DNA from: Dehalococcoidia bacterium
Lineage (GTDB): Bacteria; Chloroflexota; Dehalococcoidia; JAUQQI01
Length of the DNA stretch: 64,000 nt
Direction of reading: 5' to 3'
Assembly: GCA_042408785.1 (NCBI GenBank)
Contig: JBHOQU010000124.1
Coordinates: 70,482-134,481, forward strand
Both the position numbers and the translations under genes were made by a program. The notes under the pieces are model-generated. The model did not search any database. It saw only the letters and a list, made by a program, of their open reading frames with translations, and was not told the DNA's origin. Positions 29,186 to 39,423 of the stretch are shown here, one piece after another (within the stretch, counting starts at the first letter, position 1; every line of letters begins with the position of its first letter).

Positions 29186-29689
29186 GTGGAACCCATCGGG
29201 TACAACTACAGTCCTAATTCCCACCTGGACCTCGACTGGGTAGACGACTGGCTGGCGGTGGGGGCGGCCTTCAGCCCGAGCCAGCTGGAGCTCCTTAAGG
29301 GTCAGGAGATCGGGGCCGTGCTCGACCTGCGGGCGGAGGCGGCCGACGACCCGGACCTTCTGCGCCGGCACGGAATCGAGTTCCTGCACCTGGGCGTCCC
29401 CGACGGGGAGGCGCCGGAGCCGACCCAGCTGGAGCGGGGGATCGCCTGGGTCCGGGCGCAGCGGACCCAGGGCCGGAAGGTGCTGGTCCACTGTCAGGGG
29501 GGCCTGGGGCGGAGTCCCTGCTTTGCCACGGCCCTGCTGATGGCCGAGGGGCTCAGCCTGACGGAAGCTTATCAGAAGGTAAAGGCCGCCCGCAAGGCCG
29601 CCGCCCTTACCGCCGGCCAGTGGGAGGCCCTGCGCCGGCTTGCCTCAGAAATGGGCGTCCAGGGAGCCCCGCCCAGCAGGTCGGCCTGA
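29186..29689 (+). CDS. Dual-specificity/tyrosine protein phosphatase-like (CX5R)
   Basis: VHCQGGLGRSPCFATALLM matches the HCxxGxxRS P-loop. Starts 14 nt after hisS. Confidence 0.65.
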   Translation: MEPIGYNYSPNSHLDLDWVDDWLAVGAAFSPSQLELLKGQEIGAVLDLRAEAADDPDLLRRHGIEFLHLGVPDGEAPEPTQLERGIAWVRAQRTQGRKVLVHCQGGLGRSPCFATALLMAEGLSLTEAYQKVKAARKAAALTAGQWEALRRLASEMGVQGAPPSRSA

Positions 29690-30514
29690 GGGCGGCTGGG
29701 GGGCCGTCCGGTAGGGAACCGGGATGTAAGTCACCGAGGGCCGGGCCTGCTGGGCCTGGGGGAAGAGGCGCATCAGCTGGTAGACCTCCGGGGGCATCTC
29801 GGTGGAGACGGGCAAGCCCAGTTCCCGGGCCTGCTCCACCGTTATCGGGTAGTCGTGGGTCCAGGTCCCGCTGGTAAGGAGGGCGGCCACCCGCTCGGCC
29901 TGGGCCGGGTCCATCCGGTCCGACAGGAGGTCCCGAACCACCGCCGAAACCTGATTGATGGCCTTCCGCCCTACGTCGGCCAGAATCAGGGTCTGGTCGT
30001 CGATGTCCTTGGGCTGTTTAAGCTCGAGGACCTTTAAGATCGAGGCCGCCGGAAACTGCCCCACCTGGGGGTCCAGGGGACCGAGGACGGCGTTGGGGTC
30101 CATGACGATCTCGTCGGCCGCCAGGGCAATCAGGGTCCCGCCGGACATGGCGTAGTGGGGCACGAAAACGGTAACCTTGCCCGGCCGCTTCTTCAGGGCG
30201 AAGGCGATCTGTTCGGCGGCCAGGACAAGGCCGCCCGGCGTGTGCAGGATCAGGTCGATGGGGAGCTCGGGGTCGGTAAGCTTGATGGCCCGCAGGACGT
30301 TTTCGGAGTCGTCGATGTCGATGTAGCGAAAGATGGGGAAGCCCAGGATGCTCATCGTCTCCTGCCGGTGGATTAAGGCGATGACCCGGCTCTTGCGCTT
30401 GCGCTCGATCTCGTGGATGAGCCTTACCCGGGCCGCCTCCAGCATCCGCTGGCGGACGAGCGGCTGAAGGGTAACCACGATAAAAAACAGCCAGAAAAGG
30501 TCGAAGATGCTCAT
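29645..30514 (-). CDS. Membrane-anchored ClpP/SppA-class serine protease (SDH/DUF114, NfeD-like catalytic domain)
   Basis: N-terminal TM helix, then RVIALIHRQE...ILHTPGGLV...MSGGTLIALAADEIVM, which resembles PF01972-type ClpP-fold proteases. Confidence 0.6.
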   Translation of the reverse strand: MSIFDLFWLFFIVVTLQPLVRQRMLEAARVRLIHEIERKRKSRVIALIHRQETMSILGFPIFRYIDIDDSENVLRAIKLTDPELPIDLILHTPGGLVLAAEQIAFALKKRPGKVTVFVPHYAMSGGTLIALAADEIVMDPNAVLGPLDPQVGQFPAASILKVLELKQPKDIDDQTLILADVGRKAINQVSAVVRDLLSDRMDPAQAERVAALLTSGTWTHDYPITVEQARELGLPVSTEMPPEVYQLMRLFPQAQQARPSVTYIPVPYRTAPQPPSGRPAGRGSLDAHF

Positions 30515-30530
30515 CGGTTACAAACCCCGC

Positions 30531-31229
30531 CTACCAGGGCCAGTATTCGTCTAGATAATAATAACTTCGGCGCCTGGCAAAGAGTTTTACCAGGGCCAGG
30601 CCCGCCACGAACCCGCCCACGTGGGCCCACCAGGCCACCCCGCCTAAAGTTCCCAGCTCGTCGGGGGCAAGGAGGCTGAAAACGCCGTTAAAAAGCTGGG
30701 AGATAAACCAGGTCCCGATGTAGAAGACGGCCGGAATCTCCGTAAGAAAACCGAAAAACAGGACCGGCACGATGCCGATGACGGTAGCGGTGGGAAAAAG
30801 GACCAGGTAGGCGGCCAGCACCCCCGAGATCGCCCCGCTGGCCCCAACCGTGGGGATGGGGGAGTCGGGGTTTAAAAAGACGTGGGTAAGGCCTGCGGTA
30901 ACCCCGCACAGCAGGTAAAAAACCAGGTATCCTAAGTGGCCCATCCGGTCCTCGACATTGTCGCCGAAAATGTATAGGGCCACCATGTTGCTTATGAGGT
31001 GAAACCAGCCGCCATGCAGAAACATCGACGTAAAAAGGGTCAGCCACTGGAAGGGGTCGTCGGGGGAACTTAAGAACCGCTGCGGCACCACCCCCCAGGT
31101 GTCAACCAAGGTCAGCAGCCGACGGCCCAGGGAAACCTCATATAGAAAGACGGCCGAGTTTACGACGATAAGGCCCGTGTTTACCAGCGGGAACTGGGTC
31201 GCTCGAACCGTATCTTTAATGGGTATCAT
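30531..31229 (-). CDS. Rhomboid-family intramembrane serine protease
   Basis: Six TM segments. GASGAISGVLAAY (GxSG) and a downstream catalytic His (WAHVGGF). Confidence 0.85.
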   Translation of the reverse strand: MIPIKDTVRATQFPLVNTGLIVVNSAVFLYEVSLGRRLLTLVDTWGVVPQRFLSSPDDPFQWLTLFTSMFLHGGWFHLISNMVALYIFGDNVEDRMGHLGYLVFYLLCGVTAGLTHVFLNPDSPIPTVGASGAISGVLAAYLVLFPTATVIGIVPVLFFGFLTEIPAVFYIGTWFISQLFNGVFSLLAPDELGTLGGVAWWAHVGGFVAGLALVKLFARRRSYYYLDEYWPW

Positions 31230-31286
31230 CCGGTAAAGGCGCCGTCATGCCTCAAGGCTACGGGAAGCCGCGGGCTTTTTAGTTTT

Positions 31287-31730
31287 CTAGGCCGTCTGAA
31301 TCTTGATGGTGCGCCGGGGCGAAGGCTGAACTTTCGGCAGCCTGACGGTTAAGATGCCGTGCTCCAGTTTGGCCTCCGCCCGGCTCTCGTCCACCGGAGC
31401 CGGCAGCCGGACAGACCTTTCAAAACGGCCCCACCGGAGCTCCCGGTAGTGGTACCTGGCGCCCTCCTCTTTCTTCTCCTCCCGGGTTTCACCCCGGATG
31501 GTGAGGAGGCTGTCGTCGATGGAGATTTCCAGGTCCTCCGGCCTGAGGCCCGGGACCGCCGCCCTAACGACGACCTCGCTGTCGGTCTCCGAAAGGTCGA
31601 TGGGCGGCCCCAAAAGCTCGAAGGCCGTGGGCAACCTTCCGAACCGGGCCCAGGTCTCCTCAAAAACCCGGTTGATCAGGTCCCGCAGGGTCGCAAGCTC
31701 CCGGGAGGGTTCCCACCGTTCGATGGCCAT
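31287..31730 (-). CDS. Hsp20/alpha-crystallin small heat-shock protein
   Basis: 147 aa with an alpha-crystallin domain pattern (...DLSETDSEVVVRAAVPGLRPEDLEISID...LTIRGE...YHYREL.GRFERS..LP...). Confidence 0.9.
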   Translation of the reverse strand: MAIERWEPSRELATLRDLINRVFEETWARFGRLPTAFELLGPPIDLSETDSEVVVRAAVPGLRPEDLEISIDDSLLTIRGETREEKKEEGARYHYRELRWGRFERSVRLPAPVDESRAEAKLEHGILTVRLPKVQPSPRRTIKIQTA

Positions 31731-31884
31731 TCCACCCTACCTCCACGCGAAGTTTTGGTCGCGCACGGTTAAGTTAGCAGATTTCCGGCTTCCCGGTCAA
31801 ACAAAGAACCGGCTGCCCCGGGGTCGGCGGCAGGGTCCCCATGCTAATATAAAGTGGACGTCAGACCTCCCCAAGGAGGGCGCG

Positions 31885-32934
31885 ATGCGAGGGGTTGCCA
31901 GGATTGGGGCCGCTCAGGTTGCCCCCGTCTTTTTCAATGTTGAAGCCACCTTGGAAAAGACGGTCCAAGCCGTCGCCGAGGCCGGCCGCCTCGGCCTCGA
32001 CTTGGTTGTCTTTCCCGAAACGTACTTTACGGCCTACCCTTACTGGCGGGGAAGCGTCAGCGTCCGGCAGTCGACGGAGCTGGCCGTCCGGATGATGGAG
32101 TCGGCCGTCCGCTGGAATGGCCCGGAGATGGAGGCCGTTGCCCGGGCGGCCCGGGAGGCCGGAACCAACGTGGTGATCGGCATCAACGAGCGGGACGACC
32201 GGACCGGGAGCGAGACGGTCTACAACACCCTGGTCTTTATCTCCCGGGACGGCCGGATCCTGGGCCGGCACCGCAAGCTGATGCCCACCCACTCCGAACG
32301 GGTCTACTGGGGAATGGGGGATGCCCGGGACCTCAAGGTCTTTCAGTTCGACTTCGCCCGGGTGGGCGGGCTCATCTGCTACGAGCACCACATGAGCCTG
32401 CTCCGGGCGGCCCTGGGGTTTCTGGGGGAGGAGGTGCACGTGGCCGTCTGGCCGGGCTGGTGGTCGATGGACGGCCACCTGGGGGCCAAGTACGGCGACC
32501 CCACCAACCTCCGCTCCGAAATCGACGCGGCCATCCGGGAGTATGCCGTTGAGAACCAGGTCTTTGTGGTGAGCGCCAGCTGGTACCTGCCCCCGGAGGC
32601 CATTCCCCCCGACCTGAAAGACCTAATGCGCTACAACCTGGCCGTGGGCGGAAGCTGCATCGTCAACCCGTCGGGACTCTACCTGCGGGAGCCGGTCTTC
32701 GGCCAGGAAACCATCGTCTGGGCTGAAATCTGCCAGCGGGACCGGCTGCTGGCCAAGGCCTATTTCGACAGTGCCGGCCACTACTCCCGGTTCGACGCGG
32801 TAAACCTGCAGCTCCGCACCCTCGGCTGGGAGCCCTTCGGACCGGTGCCCGCTGGGCCGGAGCGGACTGTTCAGGAGGCCCAACCCTCAGCCCCGACCGA
32901 CCACCTGCCGCATCAGGTGGCCGGACCGCAGTAG
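31885..32934 (+). CDS. Carbon-nitrogen hydrolase (nitrilase family)
   Basis: Catalytic E (FPETY), K and C (GGLICYEH) triad pattern. About 350 aa. Confidence 0.8.
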   Translation: MRGVARIGAAQVAPVFFNVEATLEKTVQAVAEAGRLGLDLVVFPETYFTAYPYWRGSVSVRQSTELAVRMMESAVRWNGPEMEAVARAAREAGTNVVIGINERDDRTGSETVYNTLVFISRDGRILGRHRKLMPTHSERVYWGMGDARDLKVFQFDFARVGGLICYEHHMSLLRAALGFLGEEVHVAVWPGWWSMDGHLGAKYGDPTNLRSEIDAAIREYAVENQVFVVSASWYLPPEAIPPDLKDLMRYNLAVGGSCIVNPSGLYLREPVFGQETIVWAEICQRDRLLAKAYFDSAGHYSRFDAVNLQLRTLGWEPFGPVPAGPERTVQEAQPSAPTDHLPHQVAGPQ

Positions 32935-33100
32935 CCGGGTTTGGCTGCAAGCCGGGCGGGCGTGGCAGGCTTTAGGCCGGCGGGCCTAGAGCTACGCCTA
33001 GGTTGTGCCAGGATGCTATCATTAACTTCGAGTGGGCGCAGACAGCGCTGTCGGGACTGCGCCCGCCGGTGACTTATAATCCACAGCGTGGTGGAGGGCA

Positions 33101-35857
33101 ATGGATTTCTGGCGAACCTTTCCCGGACCCAACGCCGCCTATGTCCTGGAGCTCTATGAAAAATACCGGCTGGACCCGGAGTCGGTAGACCCGGCCACCC
33201 GGGCCTACTTCAGCCGGTGGGCACCGCCGGTCGATGGGGCCGTGCCCGCGGTGGCCCTCGCCAAGCTGGCCGGGGCCATTCAGTTTGCCAGCGCAATTCG
33301 GACTTACGGCCACCTGGCCGCCCGCCTCGACCCTTTGGGGAGCGAGCCCCCGGGCCACCCGGCCCTTTCAGCCCGGTTTCACGGCCTCTCCGAGGCGGAC
33401 CTTCGGGAGATTCCGGCCTCGGTAGTCGGCGGGCCCGTCGCCGAGGGCGCGGCTAATGCCCTGGAGGCGGTGAGCCGCCTCTTTGACGTTTACACCGGCC
33501 CGGTCGGCTACGAATTCGGCCACATCGAGGACCCGGAAGAGCGGGCCTGGCTCCAGGAGGCGGTGGAGAGCGGGCGCTACTGGCCGGACCTCGGTCCGGA
33601 GGAAGCCGTTGCCCTCCTGGACAAGCTTACCCAGGTGGAGGTTTTCGAGCAGTTCTTGCACCGGGCCTTCCCGGGCCGGACCCGCTTTTCGATTGAGGGG
33701 GTGGACATGCTGGTTCCGATGCTGGACCGGCTTATCCGCCGGGCGGCGGCCGATGAAGTCCGGCAGGTCTTTGTGGCCATGACCCACCGGGGCCGACTGA
33801 ACGTTATGGCCCACATCTTCGGCAAGCCGTATGCCGAGATCCTGGCGCACTTCCGGGAGACGGCCCGGGAGCCGAGCCTTGACGGCCGGGAGGGGATTGC
33901 TATCTACGGCGACGTCCACTATCATCTGGGCGGCCGTCGGGTCCTGGCGGACGGCCTGGTCCTCACCATGCCGCCTAACCCGAGCCACCTGGAGGCCATT
34001 TACCCGGTGGTGGAGGGGATGGCCCGGGCGGTGGCCGCCGACGCCTCCCAACCGGGCGCGCCCCGGCTTGACCCAGGCCGGGTCCTGCCCATCGTCATCC
34101 ACGGGGATGCGGCCTTTCCCGGTCAGGGGGTTGTGGCCGAGACCCTCAACCTTTACCGGCTGCCCGGCTACACCGTGGGCGGCACGGTTCATATTATCGC
34201 CAACAACCAGATCGGCTACACCACGGAACCGGTCCTGGGCCGAAGCACCCGCTACGCCGCCGACCTGGCTAAGGGCTTCGGAATTCCGGTGGCCCACGTC
34301 AACGCCGACGACCCGGCGGCCTGCCTGGCGGCGGTCGAGCTGGCGTTCGCCTACCGGCAGCGGTTCGGCAAGGACTTCGTGGTCGACCTTATCGGCTACC
34401 GCCGCTACGGCCACAACGAGGGCGACGAGCCCAGCTTCACCCAGCCCCTCATGTATGAGGCCATCGGCCGCCACCCGACCGTCCGGCAGCTGTGGGCCGA
34501 GCGGCTGGTCCGGTCGGGGGTGGTGGGGGCGGACCTGCCGGAGAGGCTTCGAGAGAAGTACCTGGCCGAGTGGCGCCGGCTTTTCGAGGCCCCGGCCGGG
34601 GACACCCGGTCGGCCGACCGGCCCAAAGCGCCCCCAGCCCGGCCGCGGCCGGTGGAGACCGGGGTGCCCTTAGAGCGGCTCCGGGCCGTTTATGACGCCT
34701 GGCTTACCTTCCCGCCCGACTTCAACCTTAACCCGCGACTTGAGCGGGCTCTGCGGCGGCGCCGGGCGGCCCTGGACAACCCCGACGAGCCCAACGTCGA
34801 CTTTGCCACCGCCGAGGGGGCGGCCTTTGCCACCATCCTGGCCGACGGCATACCCGTGAGGCTGGCGGGTCAGGATACGGGCCGGGGCACCTTCAGCCAG
34901 CGCCACGCCGTCCTTTACGACGCCCGCACCGGCCGGCGGTTTATTCCCCTGCAGGCCCTGCCCCAGGCCCGGGCGGCCTTCGAGGTGGTCGACAGCCCGC
35001 TTTCGGAAAATGCGGCCCTGGCCTTCGAGCTGGGCTATAACCTTCAGGCCCCGGGGCGGCTGGTGATCTGGGAGGCCCAGTACGGCGACTTTGTCAATGG
35101 GGCCCAGGTGCCCGTCGACGAGTTCATCGTCTCCGGCCGGGCCAAATGGGGGATTGCCCCTTCCCTGGTCCTGCTGCTGCCCCACGGCTACGAGGGGCAG
35201 GGGCCCGACCACTCCAGCGGCCGGCTGGAAAGGTTTTTGAGTCTGGCCGCGGATAACAACATGCTGGTGGCCAATCCCAGCACCGCGGCCCAGTACTTCC
35301 ACCTGCTCCGCCGCCAGGCCGCCCTCCTGCGGGAGGACCCGCGGCCGCTGGTGGTCTTTACGCCCAAGAGTTTGCTGCGCAACCCGGCCGCCTTCTCGGC
35401 CCTCCGGGAGCTGGCCGAAGGCCGCTGGCAGCCGGTGCTGGACGACCCGGCCGTCGGCGAGCGGGAAGGCGTGCGCCGGCTGGTGCTCTGCAGCGGCAAG
35501 GTCTACTACGACGCCGTTGCCGACGAGCGCCGGGCCCTGGCCCGGGAGCTGGCCATTATCCGGCTGGAGGAGCTTTACCCGTTCCCGGCCGAGGAACTTC
35601 GGGCCGTGCTGGCCAGCTACCCCGCCGTCGAGGAGGTTATCTGGCTCCAGGAGGAGCCCCAAAACATGGGGGCCTGGGCCTACATTCGGCCGAGGTTGGA
35701 GGAGCTGATCGGCGGGCGCTGGCCCCTGCGTTATATCGGCCGCCCGCCGGCCTCCAGCCCGGCCGAGGGCTCCATGGCCCAGCATCTGGCCAACCAGCGG
35801 GTTATTATCGAACAGCTTTACGCGCCCCGGGAGCTACCTGTTCCGAGCGGGCGGTAA
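33101..35857 (+). CDS. sucA: 2-oxoglutarate dehydrogenase E1 component
   Basis: 918 aa. N-terminal MDFWRTFPGPNAAYVLELYEKY, and ThDP-binding and transketolase-like domains. Confidence 0.9.
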   Translation: MDFWRTFPGPNAAYVLELYEKYRLDPESVDPATRAYFSRWAPPVDGAVPAVALAKLAGAIQFASAIRTYGHLAARLDPLGSEPPGHPALSARFHGLSEADLREIPASVVGGPVAEGAANALEAVSRLFDVYTGPVGYEFGHIEDPEERAWLQEAVESGRYWPDLGPEEAVALLDKLTQVEVFEQFLHRAFPGRTRFSIEGVDMLVPMLDRLIRRAAADEVRQVFVAMTHRGRLNVMAHIFGKPYAEILAHFRETAREPSLDGREGIAIYGDVHYHLGGRRVLADGLVLTMPPNPSHLEAIYPVVEGMARAVAADASQPGAPRLDPGRVLPIVIHGDAAFPGQGVVAETLNLYRLPGYTVGGTVHIIANNQIGYTTEPVLGRSTRYAADLAKGFGIPVAHVNADDPAACLAAVELAFAYRQRFGKDFVVDLIGYRRYGHNEGDEPSFTQPLMYEAIGRHPTVRQLWAERLVRSGVVGADLPERLREKYLAEWRRLFEAPAGDTRSADRPKAPPARPRPVETGVPLERLRAVYDAWLTFPPDFNLNPRLERALRRRRAALDNPDEPNVDFATAEGAAFATILADGIPVRLAGQDTGRGTFSQRHAVLYDARTGRRFIPLQALPQARAAFEVVDSPLSENAALAFELGYNLQAPGRLVIWEAQYGDFVNGAQVPVDEFIVSGRAKWGIAPSLVLLLPHGYEGQGPDHSSGRLERFLSLAADNNMLVANPSTAAQYFHLLRRQAALLREDPRPLVVFTPKSLLRNPAAFSALRELAEGRWQPVLDDPAVGEREGVRRLVLCSGKVYYDAVADERRALARELAIIRLEELYPFPAEELRAVLASYPAVEEVIWLQEEPQNMGAWAYIRPRLEELIGGRWPLRYIGRPPASSPAEGSMAQHLANQRVIIEQLYAPRELPVPSGR

Positions 35858-35869
35858 GGGGGTAGAAAA

Positions 35870-37153
35870 ATGGCGGAGATCGTCGTTCCGGAAGTTGGGG
35901 AGTCCATCGTTGAGGCCACCGTGGCCCGGTGGCTGAAGCGGGAGGGCGAGCAGGTTGTTGCCGGGGAGCCGGTGGTGGAGCTGGAAACGGAGAAGGCCAA
36001 CGTGGAGGTTCCGGCCCCCCGGTCGGGCGTCCTGGCCCGGATAATTCGGCGGGAGGGAGAGGATGTCCGGGTGGGGGAGGTGCTGGGGGTTGTCGAAGAG
36101 GCCGCGGTTGCGGCCGAACAGCCGCCCGCCGCGGCCCCGGCGGCCCCGCCCCGGGAGGCGGCCGAAGAAGGCCCCAGGGCAACCCCCCTGGCCCGGCGGC
36201 TGGCCGAGGAGGCCGGAATTGACCTTTCTCAGGTGCCGGCCACCGGGCCCGGCGGTCGGATCACCCGGGAGGACGTGCTGGCTTACATCGAAAGACAGCG
36301 GGCGGCGGCCGCACCCCAGGTGGGGCCGGAGGTTGAGCCGGCCCCCGTCCGGCCCGATACCCGGGCCGCCCCGCCCCGGCCCGAGGCCGAGGTCTGGACT
36401 CCGCCGCCACCGCCCCCCATTACCCGGTCCGAGGCCGAAGCCCCGCCCCAGCCCCGGGAGGTTCGGGTGCGGATGTCCCGGCGCCGGCAGACCATTGCCC
36501 GCCGGATGCTGGAGGCCACCCAGACCACGGCCATGCTCACCACCTTTAACGAGGTGGATATGGGGGCGGTGATGGAGGTCCGGCGGAAGTACCGGGAGAT
36601 GTTCCAGCAAAAGTACGGCGTAAGCCTCGGGATTATGCCCTTCTTTGTGAAGGCCACCGTTGCCGCCTTGAAGGCGTTCCCGAAGCTCAACGCCGAAATT
36701 CAGGGCGACGAGATTGTTTATAAAAACTACTACGACATCGGCATCGCCGTCGGGGCCACGGAGGGGCTGGTTGTCCCCGTCCTTCGGGACGCCGACAAGC
36801 TGAGCTTTGCCGAGATCGAGCAGAAGATCGCCGACTTCGCCCGCCGGGCCGAGGAAAACAAGCTCACCCTCGAAGAGCTCCAGGGCGGGACGTTCACCAT
36901 CACCAACGGCGGGGTTTTTGGGTCCCTGCTGAGCACCCCCATCCTGAACCCGCCCCAGGTGGGCATCCTCGGCCTGCACCGGATCATCGACCGGCCGGTC
37001 GTGGTTAACGGCCAGATTGTGGTCCGGCCGATGATGTACATCGCCCTCACCTACGACCACCGGCTGGTGGACGGTCGGGAGGCAGTGCAGTTCCTGGTCC
37101 GGATCAAACAGCTTATCGAGGACCCGGCCCTGCTGCTGGTGGAAGGCTGGTGA
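35870..37153 (+). CDS. sucB: Dihydrolipoyllysine-residue succinyltransferase (E2o)
   Basis: Lipoyl domain ([15 protein letters not shown]), Ala/Pro linker, E3-binding domain, catalytic DHRLVDG. Confidence 0.9.
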   Translation: MAEIVVPEVGESIVEATVARWLKREGEQVVAGEPVVELETEKANVEVPAPRSGVLARIIRREGEDVRVGEVLGVVEEAAVAAEQPPAAAPAAPPREAAEEGPRATPLARRLAEEAGIDLSQVPATGPGGRITREDVLAYIERQRAAAAPQVGPEVEPAPVRPDTRAAPPRPEAEVWTPPPPPPITRSEAEAPPQPREVRVRMSRRRQTIARRMLEATQTTAMLTTFNEVDMGAVMEVRRKYREMFQQKYGVSLGIMPFFVKATVAALKAFPKLNAEIQGDEIVYKNYYDIGIAVGATEGLVVPVLRDADKLSFAEIEQKIADFARRAEENKLTLEELQGGTFTITNGGVFGSLLSTPILNPPQVGILGLHRIIDRPVVVNGQIVVRPMMYIALTYDHRLVDGREAVQFLVRIKQLIEDPALLLVEGW

Positions 37154-37890
37154 CGGCCCGGCGGCTCCGCCTGAAGCTTCTGCGCCTCGCCTTTGGGGCC
37201 CTTTACGGCCCCCTGGCCCGGGTCTACGACCCGATAACTCGGCTCTGCTTCGCCGGGGAGTGGGACCGCTGGCAGGCGGCGGCCGCTGCCCGCCTGGTCG
37301 GCATCCGAATCCTGGAGCTGGGACCGGGCACCGGGGCCCTGGCCGCCCGCCTGGTCCGGTCAGGTTTAGATTACACCGGCCTGGAGCCTTCCGGGCCGAT
37401 GCTGGCCGTGGCCCGGCGCCGCCTGCAGGCTTCCGGCCGCCCCTTTAACCTGGTCCGGGGGCGGGCCCAGCACCTGCCCTTTAAGGCGGGCGCCTTTGAC
37501 GCCGTGCTGGCAACATTCCCCACCGAGTACGCCCTCGACCCGGCCACCTGGTCTGAGGTCTTCCGGGTGCTCCGGCCCGGCGGACGGTGGGTGGTGGTTT
37601 ACGCCGGAGCCCTGAGCCCCACCGGCCTCCGGCGCCGGCTGGCCGGTTGGATCCAGCGGCTGGTGCTCGGTCCCCCGACGGATGCCCCGCCCCGGCTCCC
37701 CGAAACTCCCGGCTTGCCAGTCGCCTTCTGGGAAGCCCAAACCCCGGGCGGGCAGGCCTTCGGGTGGGAGGCGGTCCGGATTTTACCGGCCGAAGTGGCG
37801 GTGGAGGTCCCGGCGGCCGATCCGGAGCAGGACCGGGTAGCCGTGGGGGCAGAGCAGGCCGACCCCGGCCCCGGCGGCGGCCCGCAGTAG
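37150..37890 (+). CDS. Class I SAM-dependent methyltransferase
   Basis: [15 protein letters not shown] motif I. The 3' end overlaps the mutL 3' end by about 100 nt and may be overcalled. Confidence 0.7.
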   Translation: MTARRLRLKLLRLAFGALYGPLARVYDPITRLCFAGEWDRWQAAAAARLVGIRILELGPGTGALAARLVRSGLDYTGLEPSGPMLAVARRRLQASGRPFNLVRGRAQHLPFKAGAFDAVLATFPTEYALDPATWSEVFRVLRPGGRWVVVYAGALSPTGLRRRLAGWIQRLVLGPPTDAPPRLPETPGLPVAFWEAQTPGGQAFGWEAVRILPAEVAVEVPAADPEQDRVAVGAEQADPGPGGGPQ

Positions 37891-39423
37891 CCGGCGCTGT
37901 TCGTCCGGATTGAGCTTCTCGCCCCGCCTGACGGCCCGGCGGCAGGCCAGGGCCGCCCGGACCCGCCGGTCCCAATCGGCCTCACCGGGCTCGTCCAGGG
38001 CGAGCATGAGCTCGGCCAGGCACGATTCGGCCGCCCCCTCGTCCAGCCCCACCGGCGCCGCCTCCAGGATGAGGGTCCGGTCGCCGGCCCGCCGGAGGGC
38101 AAACCCGAACCGGGCGAGCACCGGCAGGGCCTCGGTTAGCCGGGCGGCCTGCTCGGCCGCGAGGGGAATGGTGACGGCCGACAGGAGAAACTGGCCCGGG
38201 CCTTCGGCCGCCTGCTTCTCTAACTCGATGAAGATGCGGGTCTCATCCAGGCGGTGGGGGTCCACCAGGTAGAGGCCGTCCTCCGAGCGGCAGACCAGGT
38301 ACTCGCCGGCCAGGTCGCCTAAGGGCTCCAGGCGCAGCCAGTCGAACTCGGGCTCAGGCCGCTCCCGGATGGCGGTCCCGGTCAGGGGCAGGGTTGGGAC
38401 CCGCCATTCGGACGGGGCGGCCTCGGCTTCGAATCGGGGGGCGTCCAGGGCGGCCCTGATCGCCTCCCCCACCAGGGCCGCCACCTCCGCCTCCCCCCGG
38501 AGCTTTACCTCAAGCTTAGCCGGGTGGACGTTTATGTCCACCTCTTCCCGGGGAAGCTCGACGGCCAGGAAGCCGTACGGGTAGCGGCCCCTGGGAATCC
38601 GGCTCCGGTAGGCCTCAACCACGGCCCGGCGGATGGCCCGGGCCTCCACCGGCCGGCCGTTCACGGTTATGACCAGGTGGCCGGGGTCGGTTCGGAAGGT
38701 GCCGGGGCGGCTGATGTAGCCGTAGACCGCCAGCCGTCCCGCCTCGGCCCCGACCGGCACCCACCCCTCCCGGCCGGACCGGGGGTAAAGGGCCTGGAGC
38801 ACCCCCAGGCGGTTGCCGTCGCCGGGGGTGTGCAGCAGTAGCCGGCCGTCTACCACCAGGTAAAAGCGGATGGTGGGGTAGGCCAGGGCATACTGGGCGA
38901 CCACCCGGGCGCAGAGGGCCGCCTCCCGGCGGGGCTCGTCCAGGGCCCGGCGGCGGGCCGGCAGGTTTTCAAAGAGGTTTCTTACGGCCACGATGGTCCC
39001 GGGCGGCGCCCCCACCTGCTGGAAGCTTATCAGCTCCCCGAAGCGGTAGGTTACGGCGGCCCCGTAGGGCTGGTCCGGGGGACGGGTGACCATCCGGACG
39101 GTGGCGGCCGCGGCGATGGCGGCCAGGGCCTCGCCCCGGAAGCCCAGGGTGGTCGTCCGGCCGATGTCTTCGGCCGTCTCGACCTTGCTGGTGGCGTGGC
39201 GGCGAAAGGCCAGGGGGACCTCATCGGCCGGGATGCCGGCGCCGTCGTCGGATACCCGGATGCAGTCGAGGCCGCCGTTCTCGATTTCGACCCGGATCTG
39301 CCGGGCCCCGGCGTCTAAGGCGTTCTCGATAAGCTCCTTTACGGCGCTGGCCGGCCGGTTGACCACCTCGCCGGCGGCAATGCGCCGGACGACCTCCTCC
39401 GGCAGGACCCGAATCGGGCTCAT
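37783..39423 (-). CDS. mutL: DNA mismatch repair protein MutL
   Basis: GHKL ATPase N-terminus (AVKELIENALDAGA...). Canonical C-terminal dimerisation domain. Confidence 0.9.
   Translation of the reverse strand: MSPIRVLPEEVVRRIAAGEVVNRPASAVKELIENALDAGARQIRVEIENGGLDCIRVSDDGAGIPADEVPLAFRRHATSKVETAEDIGRTTTLGFRGEALAAIAAAATVRMVTRPPDQPYGAAVTYRFGELISFQQVGAPPGTIVAVRNLFENLPARRRALDEPRREAALCARVVAQYALAYPTIRFYLVVDGRLLLHTPGDGNRLGVLQALYPRSGREGWVPVGAEAGRLAVYGYISRPGTFRTDPGHLVITVNGRPVEARAIRRAVVEAYRSRIPRGRYPYGFLAVELPREEVDINVHPAKLEVKLRGEAEVAALVGEAIRAALDAPRFEAEAAPSEWRVPTLPLTGTAIRERPEPEFDWLRLEPLGDLAGEYLVCRSEDGLYLVDPHRLDETRIFIELEKQAAEGPGQFLLSAVTIPLAAEQAARLTEALPVLARFGFALRRAGDRTLILEAAPVGLDEGAAESCLAELMLALDEPGEADWDRRVRAALACRRAVRRGEKLNPDEQRRLLRAAAGAGVGLLCPHGYPVLLRIGRRDLHRHFGR

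Noticed and set aside
31731-31884. CIRCE (HrcA) operator upstream of hsp20
   Set aside because: Only a partial TTAGCA is present. There is no TTAGCACTC-N9-GAGTGCTAA inverted repeat.
33027-33075. Hairpin GGGCGCAG-N16-CTGCGCCC plus TATAAT upstream of sucA as a regulatory element
   Set aside because: The stem is short and no convincing -35 is at the right spacing. It was left unannotated.
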